A DNA stretch of 32,000 bases from Candidatus Iainarchaeum sp. (lineage in GTDB: Archaea > Iainarchaeota > Iainarchaeia > Iainarchaeales > GCA-2688035): assembly GCA_028713935.1 (NCBI GenBank), contig JAQTNI010000003.1, forward strand, positions 1-32,000, read 5' to 3'. Of this stretch, positions 24,252-32,000 are shown piece after piece. Every line of letters begins with the position of its first letter. Position 1 is the stretch's first letter. The translations under genes and the position numbers were made by a program. The notes beneath the pieces were generated by a model that was given only the letters and a program-made list of their open reading frames with translations, was not told the origin of the DNA and searched no databases.

Positions 24252-24686
24252 ATGGAATTGTTTGACCCTTTCAGAAAAAAGAAAAAATTTGAGAATTTCA
24301 TGCAGGATTTTTTTGAACCCATGAAACTGCCTTTAAGCGCTGGCCTGCGCTCACCGCTTGTTGACATCAGGGACAAGGAAAAAATGCTGGAAGTGACTGC
24401 CGAGCTTCCCGGAGTTGAAAAAAAAGACATTGACATTGATATCCAGAACGGGAGCATTGCAATCAGGACTGAAATGCACAGGGAAAAAAAAGAGGAAACA
24501 AAAAGCAAGGGCTATTACTTTCACGAAAGGGCTTACAGCGGCTTTTACAGAATGCTGCCATTGCCAAGCGAAGTAATCCCTGGCAGGGCAAAAGCTGAAT
24601 TTTCAAACGGCTTGCTCAGGATTGAAATCCCAAAAGCAAAGCTGATTAAAGCGGCAGGCAAAAAATTCAAAGTCAAGGTAAAATAA
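24252..24686 (+). CDS. hsp20: Small heat shock protein (Hsp20 / alpha-crystallin family)
   Basis: PLVDIRDKEKMLEVTAELPGVEKKDIDIDIQNGSIAI ... FYRMLPLPSEV...AEFSNGLLRIEIPKA. Confidence 0.88.
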   Translation: MELFDPFRKKKKFENFMQDFFEPMKLPLSAGLRSPLVDIRDKEKMLEVTAELPGVEKKDIDIDIQNGSIAIRTEMHREKKEETKSKGYYFHERAYSGFYRMLPLPSEVIPGRAKAEFSNGLLRIEIPKAKLIKAAGKKFKVKVK

Positions 24687-24731
24687 TTTTTTCATTGCCT
24701 TTTTTCTTTTTTTTGCTTGCTATTTCTAATT

Positions 24732-25289
24732 ATGAAAAAACTGCTCAGGCTGCAGAACCTGCAGAAACGCAATTCCCTTTCCCAAAAAGAAATAATTGAA
24801 AAAAGCTTTGCAATAAAAGAAAGGCTTTTTTCCCTGCAGGAATTCAAAAAGTCTGAAAAAATCCTGTTTTATGTGGGAATCAAGAGTGAGGCCAGGACAA
24901 GTGAAATGATTGGGGAAGCGCTTGGCCTTGGAAAAACTGTTGCAGTGCCCTTATGCGATTTTGAAAAAAAAGAAATGCGCGCAGTGCAAATAAATTCCCT
25001 GGATTGCCTGGAGGAAAAAAAATTCGGCCTGCTTGAGCCAAAAACAGGAAAAAAAATTCCTGTTCAAGAGATTGACCTGATTATAGTGCCGGGAACTGCT
25101 TTTGACTTGAAATGCGAAAGGCTGGGTTATGGCGGAGGGTTTTTTGACAGGTTCCTGAAAAAAACAAAAAAAAGCGCAAAAAAAATCGGGCTTGCTTTTG
25201 AATGCAACATTGAGAAAAAAATCCCAAGCACAAGCCGGGATGTAAAAATGGATAAAATAATAACTGAAAAAAGAATTATTATCGCTTAA
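24732..25289 (+). CDS. 5-formyltetrahydrofolate cyclo-ligase
   Basis: LIIVPGTAFDLKCERLGYGGGFFDRFL carries the GYGgGyYDR motif. The N-terminal region RNSLSQKEIIEKS also fits. Confidence 0.85.
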   Translation: MKKLLRLQNLQKRNSLSQKEIIEKSFAIKERLFSLQEFKKSEKILFYVGIKSEARTSEMIGEALGLGKTVAVPLCDFEKKEMRAVQINSLDCLEEKKFGLLEPKTGKKIPVQEIDLIIVPGTAFDLKCERLGYGGGFFDRFLKKTKKSAKKIGLAFECNIEKKIPSTSRDVKMDKIITEKRIIIA

Positions 25290-25304
25290 AAAGGAGATGA
25301 AAAT

Positions 25305-26390
25305 TTGATTTATTCAGGAGAACATTGCATAGGGGAATTTTTTTCTTGCCCAAAAAAAAATTTAAATAACAAGAAAAAAATAGAAAACCTGCTTATTACA
25401 GGAATAAAAAAATTCGGCCTAACACTTATAGGAATCCACACCCACCAATTTAAGCCATTTGGCCTAACCTCAATAGCAATTATTGGCGAATCGCATATTG
25501 CTATACATACTTACCCTGAAAATGGGCGTGCCTCCATTGATATTTATACCTGCTCTGAAAAATCAGAAATTCCATTAAAGTTGCTGCAATTTTTTAAATG
25601 CAAGCTAAAGCCGCAATCAGTAAAAAAAATTTTGGTTTGTAGGGGGAATAGGCTCCAAGTAAAGAATGGCGATTGGGTTGCTGATTCTTCTTGCCCTGAT
25701 TTTACCGTAAAATATAAAGTCAAGAAAAAACTTTTTAGCAAAAAATCTAAGCATCAGCAAATAGATATTATTGAAAATAATGCCTTTGGCAGAATGCTAT
25801 TTTTGGACAATGATTTGCAAATAGCTGAGAGAGGGTTTGCAAATTATAATAAAGCTCTGATTTCTCCATTAATCAAAGCAAAAAATAAGCTGAGCAAAAT
25901 ACTCATACTGGGCGGAGGAGACGGCGCACTTGCAGCAGAGCTCTTGAAACATAATCCAAAAAAGGTTACTATTGTAGATATTGATGAAGAAGTTATTAAT
26001 GCATCAAAAAAAATTTTGCAAAAAATAAACAAAAATTGTTTTAATGACCAGAGAGTAAAAATCATAATTGATGATGCATGCAGATTCTTAGAGAAAGAAC
26101 ATAGCTTTGATGCAATCATATGTGATTTAACTATGCATCCTGAAATTTTTTCGAAAAAGAAAAGAGGAGCCTATTTCCATGAAATCTTTTCAAACATAAA
26201 TAAAAAATTAACTGCGAATGGGATGATAACAATGCAATTGTGCGCAGAAAATGATATCAATACTTTTAAAATTATAAGCAAATTATTATCAAAATACTTC
26301 GCAGGTATTCAATTCACAAAACAATTTATCCCGGCATATCTACAAAATTGGGTTTTTGTTTCTGCAAAACAAACAGAAAAAAACATTTGA
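25305..26390 (+). CDS. Fusion of pyruvoyl S-adenosylmethionine decarboxylase (SpeH-type) and spermidine synthase (SpeE-type)
   Basis: The N-terminal part has IIGESHIAIHTYPENGRASIDIYTC, with the Glu-Ser self-cleavage site. The C-terminal part has QQIDIIENNAFGRMLFLDNDLQ, ILGGGDGALAAEL, VDIDEEV and IIDDA. TTG start after AAAGGAG. Confidence 0.8.
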   Translation: MIYSGEHCIGEFFSCPKKNLNNKKKIENLLITGIKKFGLTLIGIHTHQFKPFGLTSIAIIGESHIAIHTYPENGRASIDIYTCSEKSEIPLKLLQFFKCKLKPQSVKKILVCRGNRLQVKNGDWVADSSCPDFTVKYKVKKKLFSKKSKHQQIDIIENNAFGRMLFLDNDLQIAERGFANYNKALISPLIKAKNKLSKILILGGGDGALAAELLKHNPKKVTIVDIDEEVINASKKILQKINKNCFNDQRVKIIIDDACRFLEKEHSFDAIICDLTMHPEIFSKKKRGAYFHEIFSNINKKLTANGMITMQLCAENDINTFKIISKLLSKYFAGIQFTKQFIPAYLQNWVFVSAKQTEKNI

Positions 26391-26407
26391 TTTTATTGGG
26401 GAATAAA

Positions 26408-27697
26408 ATGAAGATTTTGCTTGTTGGAAGCGGAGGAAGAGAACATGCGCTTGCCTGGAAAATAAGGCAAAGCAGGCTTTGTGAAAAGCTTTTTTGTGCG
26501 CCTGGAAATGCGGGAACCTCTGAAATTGCGGAGAACATTCCAATCAATGCAGAAGATGTCAAGGCACTGGCTGATTTTGCTGAAAAACATAAAATTGGCT
26601 TGACAATTGTGGGGCCTGAAGCGCCTCTTGTTGAGGGAATTGTGAATGAATTTGAAAAGCGCGGCCTGAAAATTTTTGGGCCAAGCGCAAAAGCCGCAAT
26701 GCTTGAGGGAAGCAAGATTTTTGCAAAAAAAATAATGCAAAAATATGGGATTCCGACTGCGGAATCAGGGGAATTTGTTTCTGCAGAAAAAGCCCTCGCC
26801 TACTTGAAAAACAAAGGCGTGCCAATTGTGGTAAAGGCGGATGGCTTGGCAGCGGGAAAAGGGGTTTTTGTCTGCAACAGCCCCGAAGAAGCGGAAAATG
26901 CTGTTAAAAAAATTCTTCTGGAAAGCGCTTTTGGCTCTGCGGGAAAAAAAATCCTGATTGAAGAGTTTCTTGAAGGCGAAGAGGCAAGCTTTTTGGCTTT
27001 CAGCGATGGAAAGAACATTCTTCCAATGGTTTCAAGCCAGGACCATAAAAGGGCTTTTGACAAAGACCTTGGGCCGAATACTGGCGGAATGGGAGCTTAT
27101 TCGCCTGCGCCGGTTGTCACAAAAAAACTTGAAAAAAAAATTTTGAAAGGGATAATGCAGAAAACAATTGATGCAATGAAAAGCGAAGGCGCAGAGTACA
27201 AAGGGGTTCTTTATGCGGGGTTAATGATAAAAAACTGGGAAGCAAAAGTCCTTGAATTCAATGCACGCTTTGGCGACCCTGAGACACAGGCAATTTTGCC
27301 TCGCATGAAATCCGACATTCTGGAAATAATGCTTGCCTGCATTGAAGGAAACCTTGCTGAAAAAAAAATCAAATGGTCAAAAAAGCACTGCACCTGCGTA
27401 GTGCTTGCCTCAGGGGGATATCCGGGCAGGTACAAAAAAAACAAGGAAATTTTTGGGCTTGAAAAAGCTCGGGAAATCAAAAATGCACTTGTTTTTCATG
27501 CGGGAACAAAAATTGAAAATGGGAAGATTTTAACAAATGGCGGCAGGGTTCTTGGAATAAGCGCGCTTGGAAAAACAATTGAGGAATCAATAGGCAATGC
27601 ATATTCAGCTGTTTCAAAAATTTCCTTTGAAAAAATGCATTGCAGGAAAGACATTGGAAAAAAAGCGATTAAGAAAAAATTATCTCACATAGCCTAA
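26408..27697 (+). CDS. purD: Phosphoribosylamine-glycine ligase
   Basis: MKILLVGSGGREHALAWK, ATP-grasp segments VVKADGLAAGKGV and LEFNARFGDPE. ATG at 26408. Confidence 0.92.
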   Translation: MKILLVGSGGREHALAWKIRQSRLCEKLFCAPGNAGTSEIAENIPINAEDVKALADFAEKHKIGLTIVGPEAPLVEGIVNEFEKRGLKIFGPSAKAAMLEGSKIFAKKIMQKYGIPTAESGEFVSAEKALAYLKNKGVPIVVKADGLAAGKGVFVCNSPEEAENAVKKILLESAFGSAGKKILIEEFLEGEEASFLAFSDGKNILPMVSSQDHKRAFDKDLGPNTGGMGAYSPAPVVTKKLEKKILKGIMQKTIDAMKSEGAEYKGVLYAGLMIKNWEAKVLEFNARFGDPETQAILPRMKSDILEIMLACIEGNLAEKKIKWSKKHCTCVVLASGGYPGRYKKNKEIFGLEKAREIKNALVFHAGTKIENGKILTNGGRVLGISALGKTIEESIGNAYSAVSKISFEKMHCRKDIGKKAIKKKLSHIA

Positions 27698-27925
27698 TTC
27701 TTCCATTGCCTCTTCAACAATTACTCCTAGCCTGTTGCTGCCTGGTTTTTCATCCTGCTTCTCTCTGGAACAATCAATTGCACCCTCATTAATTTCCTTG
27801 AGAAGGGAACGCACAGCATGCTTAATCAGGTCAGTGCGGTTCTCAAAAGAAGAATTTTCAAGGGCAGAATCAATTTCTTTCAGAAGCTTATTGCCTAAAC
27901 GAAGAGTAACCAATTTATTTGCCAT
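27680..27925 (-). CDS. Ribbon-helix-helix (CopG/NikR-like) DNA-binding protein
   Basis: MANKLVTLRLGNKLLKEIDSALENSSFENRTDLIKHAVRSLL has a beta-strand-helix-helix pattern. ATG at 27925. The 3' end overlaps purD by 18 nt in convergent orientation. Confidence 0.6.
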   Translation of the reverse strand: MANKLVTLRLGNKLLKEIDSALENSSFENRTDLIKHAVRSLLKEINEGAIDCSREKQDEKPGSNRLGVIVEEAMEELGYVR

Positions 27926-28000
27926 ACAAAGATATATACATTTGTTGTATAAAAATCTTTGCAAATAGGGCCAAATTATGTATAAGGCGCATAAGAAGGC

Positions 28001-28016
28001 AATTGTATATACAATT
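28001..28016. promoter_or_regulatory. Perfect 16-bp palindrome AATTGTATATACAATT between the purN stop and the RHH gene
   Basis: Read directly from the sequence. A second, imperfect palindrome ACAAAgatatatacaTTTGT at 27926-27945 abuts the RHH start codon. Confidence 0.35.
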
Positions 28017-28019
28017 AGA

Positions 28020-28634
28020 TTACAAATCAGTAATTTTTACCTTGTTTTCTTCGACTTTTATTTTTCCTTCCGCAAATAATTTTATTGCCTTTATGATTAC
28101 TTCCTGTTCTGCTTTCTGCACCTTGGCTTTGAGGGAATCAACTGTCTCGTTTTCCGCAACAGCCACTGCTTTCTGCATTACAATCGGACCTGAATCTGCT
28201 TCTTCTGACAAAAAGTGCAGTGTGCAGCCAGTCACTTTTACGCCTGAATCCAGAACTTCTTTGTGCACGTCTTTGTCCCAGCCCTTGAAAGAAGGCAGAA
28301 GCGAAGGGTGAATATTCATTGCCCTGTTCCTGAATGCATCAACAAAAATTTTTGTAAGAATCTTGTTATAGCCAATAAGAAGAACCAATTCCACTTTGCG
28401 CTTTTCAAGCTCTTTTACCAACTGCAAATCAAATTCTTCCTTGCTTTTGAAATTTTTTGGATTAAGAAAAATCGCTTCAATGCCGTGCTTTTTCGCGCGT
28501 TCAAGCGCAAATGCATCTGCCTTGTTTGAAACAACACAGGCAATCTGCGCTGAAAGCTTTTTCGCGGCAATCGCATCAATCACTGCCTGCAAATCACTCC
28601 CTTTTGTGCTCGCCAGAACACCAATTTTAAGCAT
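28020..28634 (-). CDS. purN: Phosphoribosylglycinamide formyltransferase
   Basis: IGVLASTKGSDLQAVIDA, NIHPSLLPSFKG and a downstream Asp-containing segment. The ATG directly abuts the folD stop. Confidence 0.9.
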   Translation of the reverse strand: MLKIGVLASTKGSDLQAVIDAIAAKKLSAQIACVVSNKADAFALERAKKHGIEAIFLNPKNFKSKEEFDLQLVKELEKRKVELVLLIGYNKILTKIFVDAFRNRAMNIHPSLLPSFKGWDKDVHKEVLDSGVKVTGCTLHFLSEEADSGPIVMQKAVAVAENETVDSLKAKVQKAEQEVIIKAIKLFAEGKIKVEENKVKITDL

Positions 28635-29486
28635 TCAAACCCCTAAAATTTTTTTTGCAGCAATTATTGTGTTTTCCATTAGGCAGGCAACTGTCATTGG
28701 CCCAACTCCCCCCGGAACAGGAGTTAGCCAGGAAGCGATTTTTTTTGCTGATTCAAAATCAACATCCCCAAAAACCTTTTTTTCTTCCACAAAAATTCCC
28801 GCGTCAATAACAATTGCACCCTGCTTTATTATTTCTCCCGAAACAAGGTTTTTTTTCCCTGCTGCGCTTACAAGAATATCTGCTTTTTTCGTGAAATCCG
28901 AAATGTTTTTTGTTGCCTTATGGCAAATGCTTACAGTTGCATTCCTGTTCAGGAGCATTAGTGCAAGCGGCTTTCCAACCACAATTGAATGGTTGATTAT
29001 GCAGGCATTTTTGCCCTCAATTTTAATGCCAGTGCTTTCAATCAGCTTAATTATTCCTTTTGCAGTGCAGGAAGCAAGTGTTTCTGTTCCCTGGCAAAGC
29101 AGGCCAAGGCTTTCAGAGCAGAAGCTGTCAACATCTTTTTCAGGGGAAATTGAATTCAATATTTTTTCCCTGTTAATGTGCAGGGGCAATGGCAATTGCA
29201 CTAAAATTCCATGCACTGCTGCGTCGGAATTCAGGTTTTTGATTTTTTCAATCAGCTCTTTTTCTGAAATTTTTTCAGGCAAAAAAATGTTTTTTGATTC
29301 AATTCCGATTTTTTTGCATGCATCGTGCTTTTTCTGCACATACAATTTTGAATCAGGCCTTTCCCCTACAAGAATAACTGCAAGGCAGGGAACAATTCCA
29401 GTGCCTTTAAGCATGGCAACTTCTTTTTGGAGGCTTTCAAGAAGCTGTTCAGACAATTTTTTTCCGTCAAGAATTTGTGCTGCCAT
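28635..29486 (-). CDS. folD: Bifunctional methylenetetrahydrofolate dehydrogenase/cyclohydrolase
   Basis: MAAQILDGKKLSEQ..., LAVILVGERPDSKLYV, GILVQLPLP and PVPGGVGPMTVA. ATG 29486 is preferred, because the longer track ORF would overlap guaB. Confidence 0.9.
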   Translation of the reverse strand: MAAQILDGKKLSEQLLESLQKEVAMLKGTGIVPCLAVILVGERPDSKLYVQKKHDACKKIGIESKNIFLPEKISEKELIEKIKNLNSDAAVHGILVQLPLPLHINREKILNSISPEKDVDSFCSESLGLLCQGTETLASCTAKGIIKLIESTGIKIEGKNACIINHSIVVGKPLALMLLNRNATVSICHKATKNISDFTKKADILVSAAGKKNLVSGEIIKQGAIVIDAGIFVEEKKVFGDVDFESAKKIASWLTPVPGGVGPMTVACLMENTIIAAKKILGV

Positions 29487-29512
29487 AATAAAACGCTTTT
29501 TAAAAAAAAGTT

Positions 29513-32000
29513 TCAGCTGTAATTCTGGGATTCTTCTGTTATTGTAACATCGTGGGGATGGCTTTCGCGAAGCCCTGCAAGCGTTATTCTGCGCCATTTT
29601 GTTTTTAACCTGAGGTCATCAATTGTACCTGCCCCAACCATTCCCATTCCGCTTCTTAAGCCTCCAAGAAGCTGGAAAGACACTTCGCCTATTGTGCCCT
29701 TGAATGGGACAACTCCTTCAATGCCTTCGGGGACAAGTTTTGCTTCTTCTGCCTTGTCCTGGAAATACCTGTCTGTTACATCGGAGTCTTTTCTTTCTGT
29801 CATTGCCCCAAGCGAGCCCATTCCCCTGTATTGCTTGAGTTTTCTTCCGCCAAAAAAAATCATTCTGCCGGGTGTTTCCTCGCAGCCAGCAAAAAGCTTT
29901 CCAACCATTACGCTGCTTGCGCCTGCTGCTATTGCCTTTACAATGTCTCCTGAATACCTTATGCCGCCGTCTGCAATTATTGGGCAATTGTGCTTTTCAG
30001 CCGCTTCTGCGCATTCTGCTATTGCAGAGAACTGCGGAACTCCTACGCCTGCAATGATTCTTGTGGTGCAATTGTGCACTGCCAAGCGATTTGCAACATA
30101 AGAATTGTCTTCCTCAACTTCCAAGTTATAAACATTCATGTCCACCTGCTGTTCTTTTACGGAGTCAATTGAAAAATAAATATAGTTGCTGTCAGACCAA
30201 GATTGTTGTTTTTTTGTAATAGTTTCCAATGGCTTTGCATCAAGGCCAAGATCTTTCAAAAATGAATCATATTGCTTTCCAGATACTCCAAGAATATAAG
30301 TGTCTGCCCAATTCTGGTTCTTTGGCTTATGGAGCCCCAAGGAAGGCAAATAGCCCAATCTGGAAATGATTTCCGTAATCTGGAATGCCAGAGAGGGGGA
30401 GGTTGTTTTATATCTCAATCGCCCTGCCTCTGTAAGGCAGCCGTCACCATTTATTGCCCCAACCAAAAAAGATTTTAGAAGGGTAGAATCTTGGTTTAAA
30501 ACAAGCTCGGGGGCCTTTTTGTTGTTCGCGCCAAGCACGAATAAAGATTCAAAAAAACCAGCAATAATATTTGAAAACACATGCACAGTTGCACTATTCC
30601 TTTTACTGCTGAATATTACTTTCGATTTGGAATAGCCAAAAACTGTTTCAACCAGCTTTATTATTTCTGAATGGTATTCTTTTTCTTCTGCAGAAAATGC
30701 GAAGCAGAGCTGCCTGTTGTTGGCATTTCCCATTACATAGCCTTCTGCCGCAAAGTATCCAAACAGTTTCATTAGATTCGCATCCAGAGAAACAAACCTG
30801 TTTATTTTGTTTGGCTCAATTTCGCGGGAATAACTGGTTTCATTCAAATAAAAATTGATTTCCTGATTCAGCTGCATGTCAAAAGATTTTCTGCCATGGA
30901 CAATGTTTGCAACTATTCTCGGCGTTGTGGAAAATTTTTCAGCAAGCACCGGGAATGACTCCTTGTTCTGGTTAAAACCAATTTTGCCAGCCCAAATTTT
31001 TGCATTATCCCATTCATAATTCGGAAAAAATTCTAAAAGGTCAAAAGTAATTCCTGGGCCTTCAATTTGCCTTGATTCTGCTTTTGGAACAGCAACAATA
31101 TCTTCCGGCTCCAGGAGCCCGGCCGGAATCCAGGACAAACCCTTATTATGCTTGCCTTTCCCAAAAAAATATTTTGCACCAAATTTCTTTTTCTTATCCA
31201 CGGGGTAAAAAAAATGCATCCCATAAACAGGGTGATTCGGAGTTATAAATAATTCGCCTGGAGTTCCGCCGGTTTTTATTTTAAGCATTTTCCCCTTGTG
31301 CCTGCGAACATATTTTTTTGTTACCATTCGAGACCTGCCCCTGTGAGTGATAACAAAATCGCCAACTGCTATGTCCGCTATTGGCTTTACAGAATAATCT
31401 GCCATCAAAACTTGCGCATTCCCATCAAGGCATATGCTTCCCGGCCCAATTCCCACTTTTATTGCGTCTGCTCCCGCTGAAATCAGGTCTTCTGTTGCCT
31501 CTGCTGTTGCAACATTTCCCGCAACAACCTGAATTTCAAATTCTTTTTTGATTTTTTTTAATGCATCAATTACAATTTTGTTATGGCCATGGGCAGTGTC
31601 AAGGACTATTGCATCAACTTCTGCTTCAACAAGTTTTTTTGCGCGTTCAAATTCTTTCTGGCTTGGCCCTACTGCTGCGCCTACCAAAAGCCTGCCCTGC
31701 TTGTCTTTCAGGGCAAGGGGAAATTTTTCTTTTTTTTGGATGTCTCCTGCAGTAATCAGGCCTTTGAGCCTGCCATCTGAATCCACAATTGGCAATTTTT
31801 CTATTTTGTGCTTGTGGAGTATCTGCTTTGCCTCTTCTGTTGAAACAAATTTGTCAACTGTTACAAGGTTTTTTGTCATGATTTCTGAGACCTTTTTTTG
31901 AGGGTTATTCTCTAACCACAAATCCCTCTGGGTTACTATGCCGACAAGCCTGTTGTTTTTGTCAAGCACTGGGAAGCTTCCGATGCCGCTGCTTTTCATC
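29513..32000 (-). CDS. guaB: IMP dehydrogenase, 5'-truncated by the window edge, interrupted by an intein
   Basis: A CBS pair ([40 protein letters not shown]). Catalytic loop GIGPGSI-[intein][13 protein letters not shown]. Also [14 protein letters not shown] and [10 protein letters not shown]. Confidence 0.9.
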   Translation of the reverse strand, partial: MKSSGIGSFPVLDKNNRLVGIVTQRDLWLENNPQKKVSEIMTKNLVTVDKFVSTEEAKQILHKHKIEKLPIVDSDGRLKGLITAGDIQKKEKFPLALKDKQGRLLVGAAVGPSQKEFERAKKLVEAEVDAIVLDTAHGHNKIVIDALKKIKKEFEIQVVAGNVATAEATEDLISAGADAIKVGIGPGSICLDGNAQVLMADYSVKPIADIAVGDFVITHRGRSRMVTKKYVRRHKGKMLKIKTGGTPGELFITPNHPVYGMHFFYPVDKKKKFGAKYFFGKGKHNKGLSWIPAGLLEPEDIVAVPKAESRQIEGPGITFDLLEFFPNYEWDNAKIWAGKIGFNQNKESFPVLAEKFSTTPRIVANIVHGRKSFDMQLNQEINFYLNETSYSREIEPNKINRFVSLDANLMKLFGYFAAEGYVMGNANNRQLCFAFSAEEKEYHSEIIKLVETVFGYSKSKVIFSSKRNSATVHVFSNIIAGFFESLFVLGANNKKAPELVLNQDSTLLKSFLVGAINGDGCLTEAGRLRYKTTSPSLAFQITEIISRLGYLPSLGLHKPKNQNWADTYILGVSGKQYDSFLKDLGLDAKPLETITKKQQSWSDSNYIYFSIDSVKEQQVDMNVYNLEVEEDNSYVANRLAVHNCTTRIIAGVGVPQFSAIAECAEAAEKHNCPIIADGGIRYSGDIVKAIAAGASSVMVGKLFAGCEETPGRMIFFGGRKLKQYRGMGSLGAMTERKDSDVTDRYFQDKAEEAKLVPEGIEGVVPFKGTIGEVSFQLLGGLRSGMGMVGAGTIDDLRLKTKWRRITLAGLRESHPHDVTITEESQNYS
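30071..31432 (-). mobile_element. 454-codon intein with LAGLIDADG homing-endonuclease domain inside guaB
   Basis: Starts with Cys ([10 protein letters not shown]) and has block B ITPNHP. Dodecapeptide motifs are [10 protein letters not shown] and [10 protein letters not shown]. Ends ...NRLAVHN and is followed by the +1 Cys. Coordinates were checked codon by codon: TGC at 31432-31430, AAT at 30073-30071, and TGC at 30070-30068. Confidence 0.85.

Noticed and set aside
28396-29547. A 383-codon plus-strand ORF lying antisense across purN and folD, strikingly long for an AT-rich genome.
   Set aside because: It completely overlaps two genes with unmistakable enzyme motifs on the other strand. Its product is Ser/Phe/Ile-rich low-complexity sequence with no motif and no SD. 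It is best explained as a shadow ORF kept open by the codon usage of the sense genes. Only ribosome profiling or conservation of the antisense frame would change this view.
1-32000. I looked for CRISPR arrays, rRNA genes, transposase or integrase genes, and long direct or terminal inverted repeats.
   Set aside because: I saw no regularly spaced repeats and no recombinase-like ORFs. The only repeats found are the short hairpins and palindromes listed as features.

Overview
This is an AT-rich, gene-dense archaeal chromosome segment. Archaeal hallmarks are FEN1, ribosomal protein eL40, MBF1, a UbiA-type DGGGP synthase, archaeal-type TyrRS and RibL. GGTGA/GGAGG Shine-Dalgarno-like motifs precede several starts. 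Compact genes and a salvage/ECF-transport flavour suggest a small-genome, DPANN-like archaeon, but that is inference only.

Layout, left to right:
- 1-335: a partial HNH nuclease ORF sits directly behind a truncated tRNA 5' half.
- About 0.5 kb of AT-rich non-coding DNA follows, then ftsZ.
- A minus-strand block carries an S2P protease, MBF1, an EF-Tu-domain-II-like protein and a tandem HAD protein.
- About 5.9-11.2 kb is an accessory stretch. It holds a TumE/winged-helix-like toxin-antitoxin pair and a four-gene operon (two small membrane proteins, a VRR-NUC/Hjc-like nuclease, an Nmad2-like protein). It also holds a convergent two-gene operon of unknowns, a small ORF and an orphan TacT-like GNAT, and ends at tRNA-Glu(UUC).
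- Housekeeping genes follow: eL40, DGGGP synthase, an HTH regulator, pcm and fen1.
- Next come a compositionally foreign GT2 gene, a structured intergenic RNA candidate and a secreted protein that is about one-third tyrosine.
- Next come a ribL-ECF transporter operon and tyrS flanked by a family of basic proteins.
- Last come hsp20, MTHFS, a SpeH-SpeE fusion, purD, an RHH regulator, purN-folD, and guaB interrupted by a LAGLIDADG intein at its catalytic cysteine.

I saw no CRISPR array, rRNA, transposase or integrase.

The best candidates for something new are the uncharacterised nuclease-containing gene island next to tRNA-Glu, the tRNA-half/HNH junction, the guaB intein, and the tyrosine-rich secreted protein with its neighbouring structured RNA.

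All functional calls rest on motifs I could read by eye. No database search was possible.
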